Assembly (NCBI GenBank): GCA_963748215.1
Contig: CAVVHS010000007.1
Location: 64,001-128,000, forward strand
Reading direction: 5' to 3'
Source of the DNA: an uncultured Gammaproteobacteria bacterium
GTDB lineage: Bacteria > Pseudomonadota > Gammaproteobacteria > UBA9214
DNA: 64,000 bases
Of the stretch, positions 21,712 to 32,004 are shown one piece after another. The position numbers and the translations under genes are program-made. The stretch's first letter is position 1. Each line of letters starts with the position of its first letter. The notes under the pieces are model-generated. The model worked only from the letters and a program-made list of their open reading frames with translations, did not search any database and was not told where the DNA came from.

Positions 21712-22804
21712 ATGGCTGCAAGCAAAGACCAGATCGAAGCCAAACTGGCGACCTACGTCGATCCCTACCTCGAAAAGGACCTGGTATCCACCAAGTGCAT
21801 CAAGGAGATTTCCATCGACGGCGACACCGCGACCGTGAAGGTCGTGCTGGGCTTTCCGGCCACCGGCTACCGCGACGACCTGGCCGCGAAGCTGAAGGCG
21901 CTGGTCGAGTCCGTGGAGGGCGTCAAGACCGCCATCATCGACGTGTCGAGCAAGATCGCCGCCCATTCCGCGCAGAAGGGCGTCAAGCACATCGAGGGCA
22001 TCACGAACATCATCGCCGTGGCCTCCGGCAAGGGCGGCGTCGGCAAGTCCACCACCGCCGTCAACCTGGCCCTGGCGCTGTCGGCCGAGGGCGCCAAGGT
22101 CGGCATTCTGGATGCCGACATCTACGGCCCCAGCCAGCCGCGCATGCTCGGCGTGCACGGCAAGCCGGAGTCGCAGGACGGCAAGACGCTGGAGCCGATG
22201 AACAGCTACCACCTGCAGGCCATGTCGATCGGCTTCCTGATCGACGAGGAGACGCCGATGATCTGGCGCGGCCCGATGGTCACCCAGGCCCTGGAGCAGC
22301 TGCTCAACGACACCAACTGGAAGGACCTCGACTACCTGATCGTCGACCTGCCGCCGGGCACCGGCGACATCCAGCTGACCCTGGCGCAGAAGGTGCCGGT
22401 CAGCGGCGCGGTCATCGTCACCACGCCGCAGGACATCGCGCTGCTCGATGCGCGCAAGGGTCTGAAGATGTTCGAGAAGGTCGAGGTGCCGGTGCTGGGC
22501 ATCGTCGAGAACATGAGCATCCACATCTGCACGCAAGTGCGGCCACGAGGAGCACATCTTCGGCGAGGGCGGCGGTCGCGCGCATGGCCGAGCAGATACG
22601 ACGTCGACTTCCTCGGCGCGCTGCCGCTCGACATGCGCATCCGCGAGGAGACCGACTCCGGCAAGCCGACCGTGGTCGCCGAGCCGGACAGCCGCATCGC
22701 GCAGATCTACCGCGAGATCGCCCGCCGCACCGCGGCGAAGCTGTCGCTGCAAGACCAAGGACTACGCAGCGCGCTTCCCGCAGATCGTGATTTCCAACGA
22801 CTAG
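21712..22804 (+). CDS. apbC: Mrp/ApbC Fe-S cluster carrier ATPase, indels near 22535-22600 and 22750-22770
   Basis: ASGKGGVGKST, DADIYGPS, WRGPM, DLPPGTGD, ENMS; divergent from metG. Confidence 0.93.
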
Positions 22805-22926
22805 GAATCTACCCAGGCGGCGCGATACGGCGTTGAAAACCGGCTCGGAATGCTCATGTATTCATCCATACACTCCGCTTCCTCGCCGGTTTTCGCCTTG
22901 TCTCGCATCCGCCTGAGCGATTCCCT
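22802..22926. mobile_element. MITE-like long imperfect hairpin element
   Basis: GGAATC/GATTCC ends, CAGGCGG/CCGCCTG and GAAAACCGGC/GCCGGTTTTC internal pairs; begins at the apbC stop TAG. Confidence 0.65.
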
Positions 22927-22990
22927 GGAAATATCGTCATTCCCGCGCAGGCGGAATCCGTAATTCACAGCGCAGGCGAAGACAGCTGAC

Positions 22991-23560
22991 ATGACCATCA
23001 AATCCGACAAGTGGATCCGCCGCATGGCGCAGGAGCACGGCATGATCGAGCCGTTCGAGCCGGGCCAGGTGCGCGAGAACGGCAACGGCAGCCGCATCGT
23101 CTCCTACGGCACGTCGAGCTACGGCTACGACATCCGCTGCTCCGACGAATTCAAGATCTTCACCAACATCAACTCGACCATCGTCGATCCCAAGAACTTC
23201 GACGCCAACAGCTTCGTCGACGTGAAGTCCGACGTCTGCATCATCCCGCCGAACTCGTTCGCGCTGGCGCGCACCGTGGAGTACTTCCGCATTCCGCGCA
23301 ACGTGCTGACCATCTGCCTCGGCAAGTCCACCTACGCGCGCTGCGGCATCATCGTCAACGTCACGCCGCTCGAGCCGGAGTGGGAAGGCCACGTGACGCT
23401 GGAGTTCTCCAACACCACGCCGCTGCCGGCCAAGATCTACGCCAACGAGGGCGTCGCGCAGGTGCTGTTCTTCGAATCCGACGAAGTCTGCGAGACCTCC
23501 TACAAGGACCGCGGCGGCAAGTACCAGGGCCAGCGCGGCGTCACGCTGCCCAAGACCTGA
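22991..23560 (+). CDS. dcd: dCTP deaminase
   Basis: [28 protein letters not shown]. Confidence 0.96.
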   Translation: MTIKSDKWIRRMAQEHGMIEPFEPGQVRENGNGSRIVSYGTSSYGYDIRCSDEFKIFTNINSTIVDPKNFDANSFVDVKSDVCIIPPNSFALARTVEYFRIPRNVLTICLGKSTYARCGIIVNVTPLEPEWEGHVTLEFSNTTPLPAKIYANEGVAQVLFFESDEVCETSYKDRGGKYQGQRGVTLPKT

Positions 23561-23599
23561 TTGCGCCCGCTGCGCTGAATCTGCAATAGCACCTCGCGC

Positions 23600-23739
23600 A
23601 CGACTACAGGGATGCAGGAGGTGCGAGTCCATGGATAGACTCGGTAGAGTGAAGCAGTAGAAGGTGAGATCGCGCAGCGATCGAGCGACTGTCCTGGGCC
23701 ATGCCAGAGACGAGGGCAACGCATGGAGCAGTTGCCGAG
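23600..23739. repeat. Nested small-repeat composite: about 50-nt host with internal inserts
   Basis: Host ACGACTACAGGGATGCAGGAGGT/AGAG/CAACGCATGGAGCAGTTGCCGAG matches the reverse complement of the 37391-37493 host; inserts at 23623-23645 and about 23650-23716, the latter containing the mini-insert 23659-23700. Confidence 0.7.
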
Positions 23740-23992
23740 AGCCGCAAGAAAACACTACATAAATACCACAGGGTACGCCGGGTACACAGAGATAGTCCGT
23801 CGCTCGCGGGATGCCGGAATCGCCCGCAGGAGCGGACCGCGTCCGCGATGTTTTTCAGAATGGCAGCACCGCAGGATATGTTTGCGTCCACGAACCGCAT
23901 CAAAAAATAATGTCCCGCGCCAGGTCGCAAAGCCACAAACAGAAATCAAAAGGGTCAGACTACATGGATTCCCCTCTGTCGTCGGGTGATAT

Positions 23993-24110
23993 TTAGGGAA
24001 CCTCTGATTAATTCACTCATCGTCATCCCGGCGCATGCCGGGATCCAGATTTTTCAATGACCTGGATGCCGGCCTTCGCCGGCATGACGAATTAATCAGA
24101 GATTCCTTAG
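23993..24110. mobile_element. MITE-like element enclosing a CGTC-type REP doublet
   Basis: 22-bp terminal inverted repeats with 3 mismatches (TTAGGGAACCTCTGATTAATTC / GAATTAATCAGAGATTCCTTAG); internal CGTCATCCCGGC..GCCGGGATCC and GGATGCCGGC..GCCGGCATGACG. Confidence 0.75.
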
Positions 24111-24113
24111 ATA

Positions 24114-24335
24114 ATGCCGACCAATAAAATCAATCCGAAGAAGTTGCTGAACAGTAAATGGACGGCCGTCAAACCGGTGCAAAAGGAAAAGCATTTTATT
24201 GTGACTGAAGTGGAGTTTGATGAGCAGGGAGCTGTCATTTTCTGCTTGATAGAAGCCGTAATATCCAGACACAGGTATCCAATAAAATGGCAGGATTTAA
24301 AAGATATGAGTCAGTGGATCCATGGCTGGAAATAA
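24114..24335 (+). CDS. Small Trp-rich protein (TIGR02450-like)
   Basis: NPKKLLNSKWTAV..EKHF and LKD..W..GW pattern; AT-rich. Confidence 0.8.
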   Translation: MPTNKINPKKLLNSKWTAVKPVQKEKHFIVTEVEFDEQGAVIFCLIEAVISRHRYPIKWQDLKDMSQWIHGWK

Positions 24336-24359
24336 TCTGCCTTGCAAAAAATAATTGGT

Positions 24360-24405
24360 GCCAGAGCACATTTTCGACTTATATTCGTAATCAGTGTGCT
24401 CTGGC
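24360..24405. repeat. 11-bp perfect inverted repeat between convergent genes
   Basis: GCCAGAGCACA ... TGTGCTCTGGC. Confidence 0.6.
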
Positions 24406-24427
24406 CCTTGTTTCCCTGTGTGCAGCG

Positions 24428-25021
24428 TCAACCCAGTTCGTGCAACACCTCGGCCAGCGAATGCGCGGCGAACTCCGGGTCACTGACGTCATGCCCCAGC
24501 AGTTTGCTGATGCACGGAATCGAGAACACGCCGCGGATGATCTGTAAGTCGCTGGTTCGATCGGTCTCGACCACCAGGATGTGCGGGCGCTCCTGCTTGC
24601 GCAGGGTATGGATGATATGACCGACGCGCGCATTGCGCACCGTGATCATGTCCATGGCCATGACCTCGTCGAGGGGTGTCATGAGCATGTCCACATGGAT
24701 GCGATGGCGTGGGATGCCTGCATTCTGGCCGATTCTGATTGGCCGTTCGCCCTGAATATCACAGGCCGTGATGATGCCGACAATGTTGTCCTCGCTGTCC
24801 GGCACCAGCAGGAGGCGGATGCCGGCAGCCTTCATCTTGCCGAGGGCCGCGTCGATGTTCATGGTCGGCTCGATGGTCAGCGGGGTCACTTTCAGGAAGT
24901 CCGTCATGACGCTGATAGCCGGGTCGTTGGTATGCGCCACCGGCGTAAGTCCATCGGGGGTGTGGCAGGGTATACCCACGTGCAGGCGAGTATGAGACAG
25001 CGCAGCATAATCGTTGGTCAT
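24428..25021 (-). CDS. CBS-domain protein
   Basis: DPAISVMTDF, IRLLLV, IVGIITACD, IRGVFS. Confidence 0.8.
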   Translation of the reverse strand: MTNDYAALSHTRLHVGIPCHTPDGLTPVAHTNDPAISVMTDFLKVTPLTIEPTMNIDAALGKMKAAGIRLLLVPDSEDNIVGIITACDIQGERPIRIGQNAGIPRHRIHVDMLMTPLDEVMAMDMITVRNARVGHIIHTLRKQERPHILVVETDRTSDLQIIRGVFSIPCISKLLGHDVSDPEFAAHSLAEVLHELG

Positions 25022-25210
25022 GGCTCGCCCCTTCGCTTGCTTCGCAAGCACCGTCCCTGGTCCGACTATTCCGGGCCCTTCAACAGTAAGCATAGTCCAT
25101 GTGGACGGCGTGGCCAGTCCGTCAAATTGATCTGTTGTCGGCAGAAATCGACCGGGTAACTCAGGGGCAGACCCCGTTTTCCGGCTATCAACCGCGGCAG
25201 GCTGCATCGG

Positions 25211-27092
25211 TCATTTCGGTTTCTTTTTCCGCACCTTCTTCTTGCTGCCGCCTTTACCCTTGAAGCCGTCTTTCTTGCGCGCCTTGTCCTTGTCTTTGGG
25301 TTTGCCGCGCTGGGGAGTCGGGAACGCCGGTCGGTTTTCTTCGCCCGCACGGGATATTCTCAGCTGCTGGCCCGACACCCAGACCTTCTTCAGGGTGTTG
25401 AACACGTCCCTGGGCATGCCCTTGGGCAGGTCGACCAGGCTGTAGTCGGAATGTATGTCGATGCGGCCGATATTCTTGCTGTCGAGGCCGGCTTCGTTGG
25501 CAATGGCGCCGACGATGTTGGCCGGTTTGACGTCGTGGTCATGGCCCACTTCGATGCGATAGCGTTCCATGTCGGCATCGGGCGTCCGCTTCACCGCACC
25601 AGGCTCGCGTTCCTTGCGCGGCTTCCCGTCTTCCCGGTCCCTGGGGCGTGCACCGTCGGTCTTGTGCGGCTTGCTGACCGCCTTGTCACGGGGGCGGGCG
25701 CCCTCGGTCTTGCGCGGCTTGCGCGCCGGGCTGGCTTCGGACCGGTTGCTGTCTGCCTTGCGCTGCGGCTTGTTCTGCAGCAGCAGGGGGGTGTCACCCT
25801 GCAGCAGCTGGGCCAGGGCGGCGGCGATTTCCAGTGCGGGTACGTTGTGTTCCTGCTGGTATTGCTCGATCAGCTGGGAAAACAAGCCGGAATCCTCGGT
25901 TGCCAGGGTGTCGGTGATGCGCTGCTTGAAGCGGGCGATGCGCTTGTCGTTGATCAGCTCGGTGGAGGGCAGCTCCATGATATCGATCTTCTTGCGCGTG
26001 GCCTTTTCGATGGCGCCCAGCAGGCGCTTCTCGCGCGGCGCGACGAACAGGATGGCATCGCCGGCGCGGCCGGCGCGGCCGGTGCGGCCGATGCGATGCA
26101 CGTAGGCCTCGGTGTCGTAGGGGATGTCGTAGTTCACCACGTGGCTGATGCGTGCTACGTCCAGGCCGCGTGCGGCCACGTCGGTGGCGACGATGATATC
26201 GAGTTTGCCGCTCTTCAATTGTTCGATGGTGCGCTCGCGCTGGGCCTGCGGGATGTCACCGCTGAGCGCCGCCGCGGCGTAACCACGTGCCTCCAGTTTT
26301 TCCGCGAGCTCGACCGTCGCAATCCTGGTGCGCACGAACACCAGCATGGCGTCGAAGGGTTCGGCCTCGAGGATGCGGGTCAGGGCGTCCAGCTTGTGCA
26401 CGCCGCTGACCGGCCAGTAGCGCTGGCGAATGGTCTCGGCCGTGGTGGTTTTGACCTTGATGGTGATTTCCGCGGGATCTTTCAGGTGGCGGGTGGCGAT
26501 ACGGCGGATCTGCTGCGGCATGGTGGCCGAGAACAGCGCGACCTGCCGGCCAGGCGGCGTCTGTTCGAGGATCCATTCCACGTCATCGATGAAGCCCATG
26601 CGCAGCATTTCATCGCCTTCGTCCAGCACCAGGGTGCGCAACTTGTCCAGCATCGAGGGTGCCGCGGCGCATATGGTCCATCACGCGACCGGGCGTACCC
26701 ACCACCACGTGCACGCCACGCTGCAGGGCGCGGATCTGGGTGCGGTAGTCCTGGCCGCCGTAAACCGGCAGCACATGAAAGCCTTTCAGGTGTGTGGCGT
26801 ATTTCTGGAACGCCTCGGCCACCTGTATGGCCAGTTCACGGGTCGGCACCAGCACCAGCACCTGAGGGTCTTTTTGCTTTAACTCGAGCCTGTTCAGGAT
26901 CGGCAGGGCGAAGGCCGCGGTCTTGCCGGTGCCGGTCTGTGCCTGGCCCACCAGGTCCCGGCCGGCCAGCAGCAACGGGATCGTTTGCGCCTGGATGGGC
27001 GAGGGTGTTTCATAGCCCACCTCGTCCAGTATCTGGAGAATGGGTTTGTTCAGCGCGAGTTGATTGAACGCGGTTACCGTGTCGGTGGTCAT
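25211..27092 (-). CDS. deaD: DeaD/CsdA RNA helicase, frameshift near 26655
   Basis: Q motif, AQTGTGKT, PTRELA, TPGR, DEGD, SAT, ARGLD, HRIGRTGRAG and DbpA-type RNA-binding domain. Confidence 0.92.
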
Positions 27093-27431
27093 TGTGCAGT
27101 ACCTGGGAAACAAGGGGCAGGCGTGGAACGCCGGGACCCGGGCGGTGTGCCCCGATTATCCGGGTCCATCAACTGCCGGGTCAAAGTCTGAAAGGCTGCG
27201 TAGTGTAACGGTTTGCATGCCCGGCGGCATGCCTTTTTCGGATAAAACCGGCGCCGGGGCAGGGTTGGCGCGGGGCGGGGCAGGCTGCCAGCCGGGGGGT
27301 CCCGGGTGCGTCCGTGGCATCGGCTGGCGTGCCGGAGCGTGCTGCGTCCGGACAAACACCGACTGCAGGCGGGCGGGTTCGTTATACTCCGCCCTGCAAA
27401 TTATCGTTACAGAACAGGCGGCGACAGACGC

Positions 27432-28103
27432 ATGAAATATTTCCTGGGCCTGCTGGTCGCGACACTGGTCGTGGCCGGCCTGCTGTTTCTCAACACCGGC
27501 GAACAACGCAGCGACCCGTCCGTCGATGCACTCGTGACCGGCCTGCCCTGGCAGATCGAGCTGTTGCCGGGCGGGGACACGCGAGTGTTCGGCATCACGC
27601 CTGGCCAGACCACGCTGGGCGAGGCCATGGAGCGGATGGGCGCTGACCTGGACCTGGCGATCATTGCGCCACCGCAGGAGGCCGGCACGCTGGAGGCCTA
27701 TTACAGCCACTACACGGCCGGGCCGATCACGGGCCGCCTGATCCTGGTGCTGGATGTCGCGGTTGACACGCTGCTGGCGATGCGCGCACGGGCGTTCCAG
27801 GACGGCGGCACGCGCCGCTACCACCTGCATCCCGACGACCTGCCGGTTGCCTACGCGGCACCGGTCAGGGTCATCACCTTTGTGCCCACGCTCAACCTGG
27901 ACGAGGCCATTGTGCAGGCCCGGTTCGGCGCGCCGGCCGAGGTCATGCACGCCAATGACCGGCAACAACACTGGCTCTATCCGGCACTGGGGCTGGACCT
28001 GGTTCTCGATGCGGACGGCAAGGATCTGCTGCAGTATTTATCACCCCGCAAATTCGGTGCCCATCGAGAGCGGCTGGGGCAGACGGCAGTGGCCGGTCAG
28101 TAG
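27432..28103 (+). CDS. Hypothetical membrane-anchored protein
   Basis: N-terminal hydrophobic helix followed by a soluble domain; genome-typical codon usage. Confidence 0.65.
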   Translation: MKYFLGLLVATLVVAGLLFLNTGEQRSDPSVDALVTGLPWQIELLPGGDTRVFGITPGQTTLGEAMERMGADLDLAIIAPPQEAGTLEAYYSHYTAGPITGRLILVLDVAVDTLLAMRARAFQDGGTRRYHLHPDDLPVAYAAPVRVITFVPTLNLDEAIVQARFGAPAEVMHANDRQQHWLYPALGLDLVLDADGKDLLQYLSPRKFGAHRERLGQTAVAGQ

Positions 28104-28319
28104 CCCCGATTGATGCGGTTCGCAGGCTCACCGCATCCTGCGGCAGGCGGCTTGACGGCTTTGGTGTATCCCTGTGAATCGACATGTGTTGTCAGGGAAA
28201 CGCGCAATCCGGGGTTTATACGGCCGGTCATTGATCTCCCGCCTGCATAGTCCTACCCTATCTCCTATACACGGCCCGGCTGGGTCGCTGATAACAAGCA
28301 CCGACAGTGAGGACTTTAC

Positions 28320-29216
28320 ATGCGTAATCTGTTCATTATCCTGCTATTGAGTTTTGGTCTGGCGTCCGCCGCATCTGCCGAGGTCGTTACCCTCTCGCAC
28401 AACGGTGTGACGCTTAACGCCAACCTGGAACAGGCCGGGTCGAGCTGGCCGGCCGGTCCCGTGGTGCTGATGACGCACGGCACGCTCGGGCACCGTGGCA
28501 TGGAAATCATGGCCACTCTGCAGGATTTGCTCGCCGAGCGCGGCATCAGCTCACTGGCGATCAATCTCAGCCTCGGCCTGGATGACCGTGACGCGGCGAT
28601 GTACGACTGCACCACCCCGCACACACACAAGCATACCGATGCGGTTGGCGAGATCGGGGCGTGGCTCGGCTGGCTGAAGGCGCAGGGCGCCAAACAGGTT
28701 GCATTGCTCGGCCATTCCCGCGGCGGTAACCAGACCGCGCGCTTTGCCGCTGCCAGTGACGACCCGGTCATCACCGCGGTGTTCCTGGTCGCGCCGCAGA
28801 CCTGGGACGCGGACAGCGAAACGCAGGGTTACAAAAAGCGTTTCGACGCCGATCTGTTCCCCTTGCTGACAAAGGCGCAGCAGATGGTCGCTGCCGACAA
28901 GGGCGCGGAGCTGATGGACGACATCGATTTTCTCTACTGCGAGAACACCCGCGCCAGCGCGGAATCCTTCCTTTCCTACCATGCGCCGGACGAGAACATG
29001 GACACGCCGCGGCTGATTCCGCAGATCAAGACGCCGGTCACGGTGTTCGCCGGCAGCGAGGACACCGTGGTCAAGGGACTGATCGACAAGGTCGAGCCGA
29101 TCGCCGATGGCGAGGCTGTGACGCTGGTGGTCATCGATGGTGCGGACCACTTCTTCCGCGACCTTTATGCGGAGGACATTGCCGACGCCATCGCGGCGAC
29201 GCTGGGCGTCGAATAG
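28320..29216 (+). CDS. Exported alpha/beta hydrolase
   Basis: Signal peptide, HG oxyanion motif, GHSRG nucleophile elbow, GSED and ADHFF. Confidence 0.88.
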   Translation: MRNLFIILLLSFGLASAASAEVVTLSHNGVTLNANLEQAGSSWPAGPVVLMTHGTLGHRGMEIMATLQDLLAERGISSLAINLSLGLDDRDAAMYDCTTPHTHKHTDAVGEIGAWLGWLKAQGAKQVALLGHSRGGNQTARFAAASDDPVITAVFLVAPQTWDADSETQGYKKRFDADLFPLLTKAQQMVAADKGAELMDDIDFLYCENTRASAESFLSYHAPDENMDTPRLIPQIKTPVTVFAGSEDTVVKGLIDKVEPIADGEAVTLVVIDGADHFFRDLYAEDIADAIAATLGVE

Positions 29217-29246
29217 CGGCCCGCGGCACGCAATGACGTCAGGTAT

Positions 29247-29345
29247 AAACCTCGCGTTATGTGCGGGAACGGCCTTGTGAAGCGCTCCTGCGCCCGATAG
29301 CCGCGCTTGTAGGAGCGGATCTCATCCGCGATTATTTACTCCTAC
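29247..29345. repeat. REP-like elements, including an uninterrupted version of the 8506-8615 host
   Basis: AAACCTCGCGTTATGTGCGGGAACGGCCTTGTGAAGCGCTCCTGC (29247-29291) and GTAGGAGCGGATCTCATCCGCGA..CTCCTAC (29309-29345). Confidence 0.7.
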
Positions 29346-29393
29346 AGAATAAGACCCTTCCGTAAGCGCCCGCGGTCTGCCTCCTGCGAGGCG

Positions 29394-29428
29394 AAAAAAA
29401 ACGGCGGGGCGTTTTACGCCCCGCCGTT
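29394..29428 (-). terminator. Rho-independent terminator
   Basis: AACGGCGGGGCG stem with T run on the minus strand just after the 29444 stop. Confidence 0.88.
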
Positions 29429-29443
29429 CATGCAGGTCAGCGG

Positions 29444-29905
29444 CTAGCTCTGTACGCGCCAGCTGCCGTCCGGCTGCCGGCAGGCGGTGCCGTAGACCTT
29501 TTCCTTGCGGCCGCCGATCACGGCATCGATAGTGTACTCCCTGCATGGCCCGCTGGCGGAGTCGTAGGTGCTGGTCGGTACCATCGTGTAGTCGTTGCCC
29601 GTATCCGGGTTGTGCCAGCGCGACGGTACGCCGGTGCGTACGGTCTCCAGTGACTGGCTGACCCGGGCGCGGTCGTTGGCGTCCATGTTGTGGCCGATTG
29701 CGCCTCCGATCGCGGCGCCGGCCAGTGTGCCGGCAATGATGGCGGCCGTACGGCCATGCCCGCCGCCCACCTGGTTGCCCAGCACGCCGCCGAGGATGCC
29801 GCCGATGACCATGCCGGTCTGTTCCTGCGGGCCCTGGTAGGTAGCGCAGCCGGTGACGGCAAGCGTGGTGGCGAGCGCGATTGAAGTGATAATTTTACCT
29901 TTCAT
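29444..29905 (-). CDS. Glycine-zipper surface lipoprotein (17-kDa antigen / RT0821-like)
   Basis: Lipobox VTGC, glycine zipper, WHNPDTG, CREY, GTACRQPDGSW. Confidence 0.9.
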   Translation of the reverse strand: MKGKIITSIALATTLAVTGCATYQGPQEQTGMVIGGILGGVLGNQVGGGHGRTAAIIAGTLAGAAIGGAIGHNMDANDRARVSQSLETVRTGVPSRWHNPDTGNDYTMVPTSTYDSASGPCREYTIDAVIGGRKEKVYGTACRQPDGSWRVQS

Positions 29906-30074
29906 GACGGTTCCTCTCTAGACTGTTCGAGTCAAATGTTAGTTGCCGGATTATACCGCCCACCGGTGTTGATGGCTGTTGACCGCGATCATTCATGCCT
30001 GTTAAAAAGCGTACCTGACAAGTCTGGCAGCTTCAAAAAACAGCTACATATATCTGACACCGAATTCCCGCGAA

Positions 30075-31172
30075 TTACTTCCGCAGTGTCCAGTGGCGTC
30101 CCAGCGGGGTGTCCACGGCCTGCAATCCGAAGCGCTGATCGGCGCGCTGGCCGGTCTGCAGCAGGGCGAAGATGTCTTCCATGATACGGCGGTCCTCGGC
30201 GAAATAGGAGTGACCCAGCAGGCCGCCCGTGACCTCGCTGGCATCGATGGTTTCCACGCCGTCCACCACGACCAGCCCGGCGCCCGATTCGCCCGCGCGC
30301 GAGTAGCCGTGAAAGGCCTTGGAAGCCATCAGTGCACGGTCATTGGACGAGGCGTACAGTGTGATGTGAATGCCGGTGCGCGCCAGGCGCGGGGCCATGT
30401 CGATGCGAAACACCTCGGCATCAATGTCCGGCGCGATCATGATGATTTCACGGAACAGCAGCATGTCGCTTTCCAGGCGGTCGCTGGCGAGCGAGGTCAT
30501 GGCGCGGCCAATGATGCGGTTGCCCATGCTGTGACCGACCAGGTAGATGTTCTTGACCGGGACATAGTCGAACAGCTCGCCCATCAGCCGGACGAAATCC
30601 GCCTGCGCCCACTCGGCGTTGGTTTCGTCCACGGTGTAGCCGGTGAGGCTGCCCTGCGACGGCCAGCTGAACAGTACCACCGGACCCGAGAATTTCATGT
30701 CACTGGCGAACTGCGCCACCCGCTTGCTGACGGAGGGGAAGTCCTCGTTGTAGCCGTGCACGAAAATCATCAGCTTGCCGCCCGCGCTGGCATCGATGGC
30801 CGTGCCGAGCCGGCTGGCGAACTCGTCACGCGTCAGTGACAGCACCTGCTGCAGCCGGATGTGTTTTGTCTCGTCGGGCGTCATTTCCAGCCGGAGCAGC
30901 GAGGGTTGCTCGTGTTGTCCCATGACGTGGCCGGGGGGGATGCCGACGGTGGAGATGCCGTAGCTCAGGTCGCCGCGCGCGCCGCCGAAGAACAGGCCGC
31001 CATCGCCGTCCGGTGCCCGGTTGGTCACAAAAAACAGTTCGACCTCGCGCGGTTGCGTGTCTTCCGCTGCCGCATACGGGCGCGTGCCGCCGGTCAGTCC
31101 GCAGCCGTTCAGCAGGGGCAGCGCGACCAGCGCGAGTACGATCATGTACAGGGTGTTTCGAAAGTGATTCAT
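30075..31172 (-). CDS. DUF900-like alpha/beta hydrolase lipoprotein
   Basis: Lipobox LNGC, FVHGYN, FSWPS, GHSMG, APDID, HSYF. Confidence 0.85.
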   Translation of the reverse strand: MNHFRNTLYMIVLALVALPLLNGCGLTGGTRPYAAAEDTQPREVELFFVTNRAPDGDGGLFFGGARGDLSYGISTVGIPPGHVMGQHEQPSLLRLEMTPDETKHIRLQQVLSLTRDEFASRLGTAIDASAGGKLMIFVHGYNEDFPSVSKRVAQFASDMKFSGPVVLFSWPSQGSLTGYTVDETNAEWAQADFVRLMGELFDYVPVKNIYLVGHSMGNRIIGRAMTSLASDRLESDMLLFREIIMIAPDIDAEVFRIDMAPRLARTGIHITLYASSNDRALMASKAFHGYSRAGESGAGLVVVDGVETIDASEVTGGLLGHSYFAEDRRIMEDIFALLQTGQRADQRFGLQAVDTPLGRHWTLRK

Positions 31173-31260
31173 GGGCTTGTTGTAAATGCCGTAGCTGGGG
31201 TAAACGGAACCGTGGCACCGGCGACGTGAACGACACGCGCGCCGCTGCCCCGGAATGATA

Positions 31261-32004
31261 CTACCGATTGTCGCTTGACGTCCTCAGGGAGGTGCTGAAA
31301 TATTCCAGGTCGCTCTGGTATTCGGCATCGTCTTTTTCGCGGTGCCAGATACGCACCGGGAGGTAGTGCAACGACGGCGCACACCAGATAAGGGTCTCGC
31401 GCTTGGTGTCTTCGCGCAGACGGGTGATCTTGACAGTCTCGAACATGCCGGCCGGCGTTTCCAGGGTTTCCTCGCCAACCACCTTGAAGCGGTACTCCTT
31501 GAGCTTGCCGCCATCGGCGATGTTGAAGGTGATGTCGGTATCGCCGCTGGCGAGCGCGTGCATCATGCCGAGTTGCGAGACCAGCTTGTCCAGGGTGCCG
31601 GCGGGGATGTCCATTTCCCACTTGCTGTCCTCGACATCATTCTGCACGCGCATATCTTTCCAGTTGAATGTCAGGTTGGCCTCGCGCTCTTTCCGCCCGC
31701 CGGTGCGCTGGTACGTATAGGTGTCAGGGCGTATCCCGGCAGCGGTGATCTTGCCGTGGCTGGTCTCGTACAGCTTGTCCTTCAGGAACCAGGCAACCCA
31801 TCGCACCGGCCAGCTGCGCGCTTTGTAGGTATAGCTGCCGTTGGCGCCGGTCGAGAGTTCGATGGTCGAGTTGCCGATTTTCATCGAGCCCCGCGAGAGC
31901 TCGTAGCTGGCCTTGAATGCGGGCATGACGAAACTGTCCTGTACACCGGCGGCAAGCAGTGTTGCCGCGAGCAGCAGGGCGACGGCAAGGATTGGTTTCA
32001 GCAT
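31261..32004 (-). CDS. DUF3108-family exported protein
   Basis: Signal peptide; ETLETPAGMFETV and WCAPSLHYLPVRI pattern; follows purN. Confidence 0.78.
   Translation of the reverse strand: MLKPILAVALLLAATLLAAGVQDSFVMPAFKASYELSRGSMKIGNSTIELSTGANGSYTYKARSWPVRWVAWFLKDKLYETSHGKITAAGIRPDTYTYQRTGGRKEREANLTFNWKDMRVQNDVEDSKWEMDIPAGTLDKLVSQLGMMHALASGDTDITFNIADGGKLKEYRFKVVGEETLETPAGMFETVKITRLREDTKRETLIWCAPSLHYLPVRIWHREKDDAEYQSDLEYFSTSLRTSSDNR

Noticed and set aside
23620-23640. Group II intron 5' end (GTGCG)
   Set aside because: No domain V/VI or reverse transcriptase follows; the segment is a short hairpin insert.
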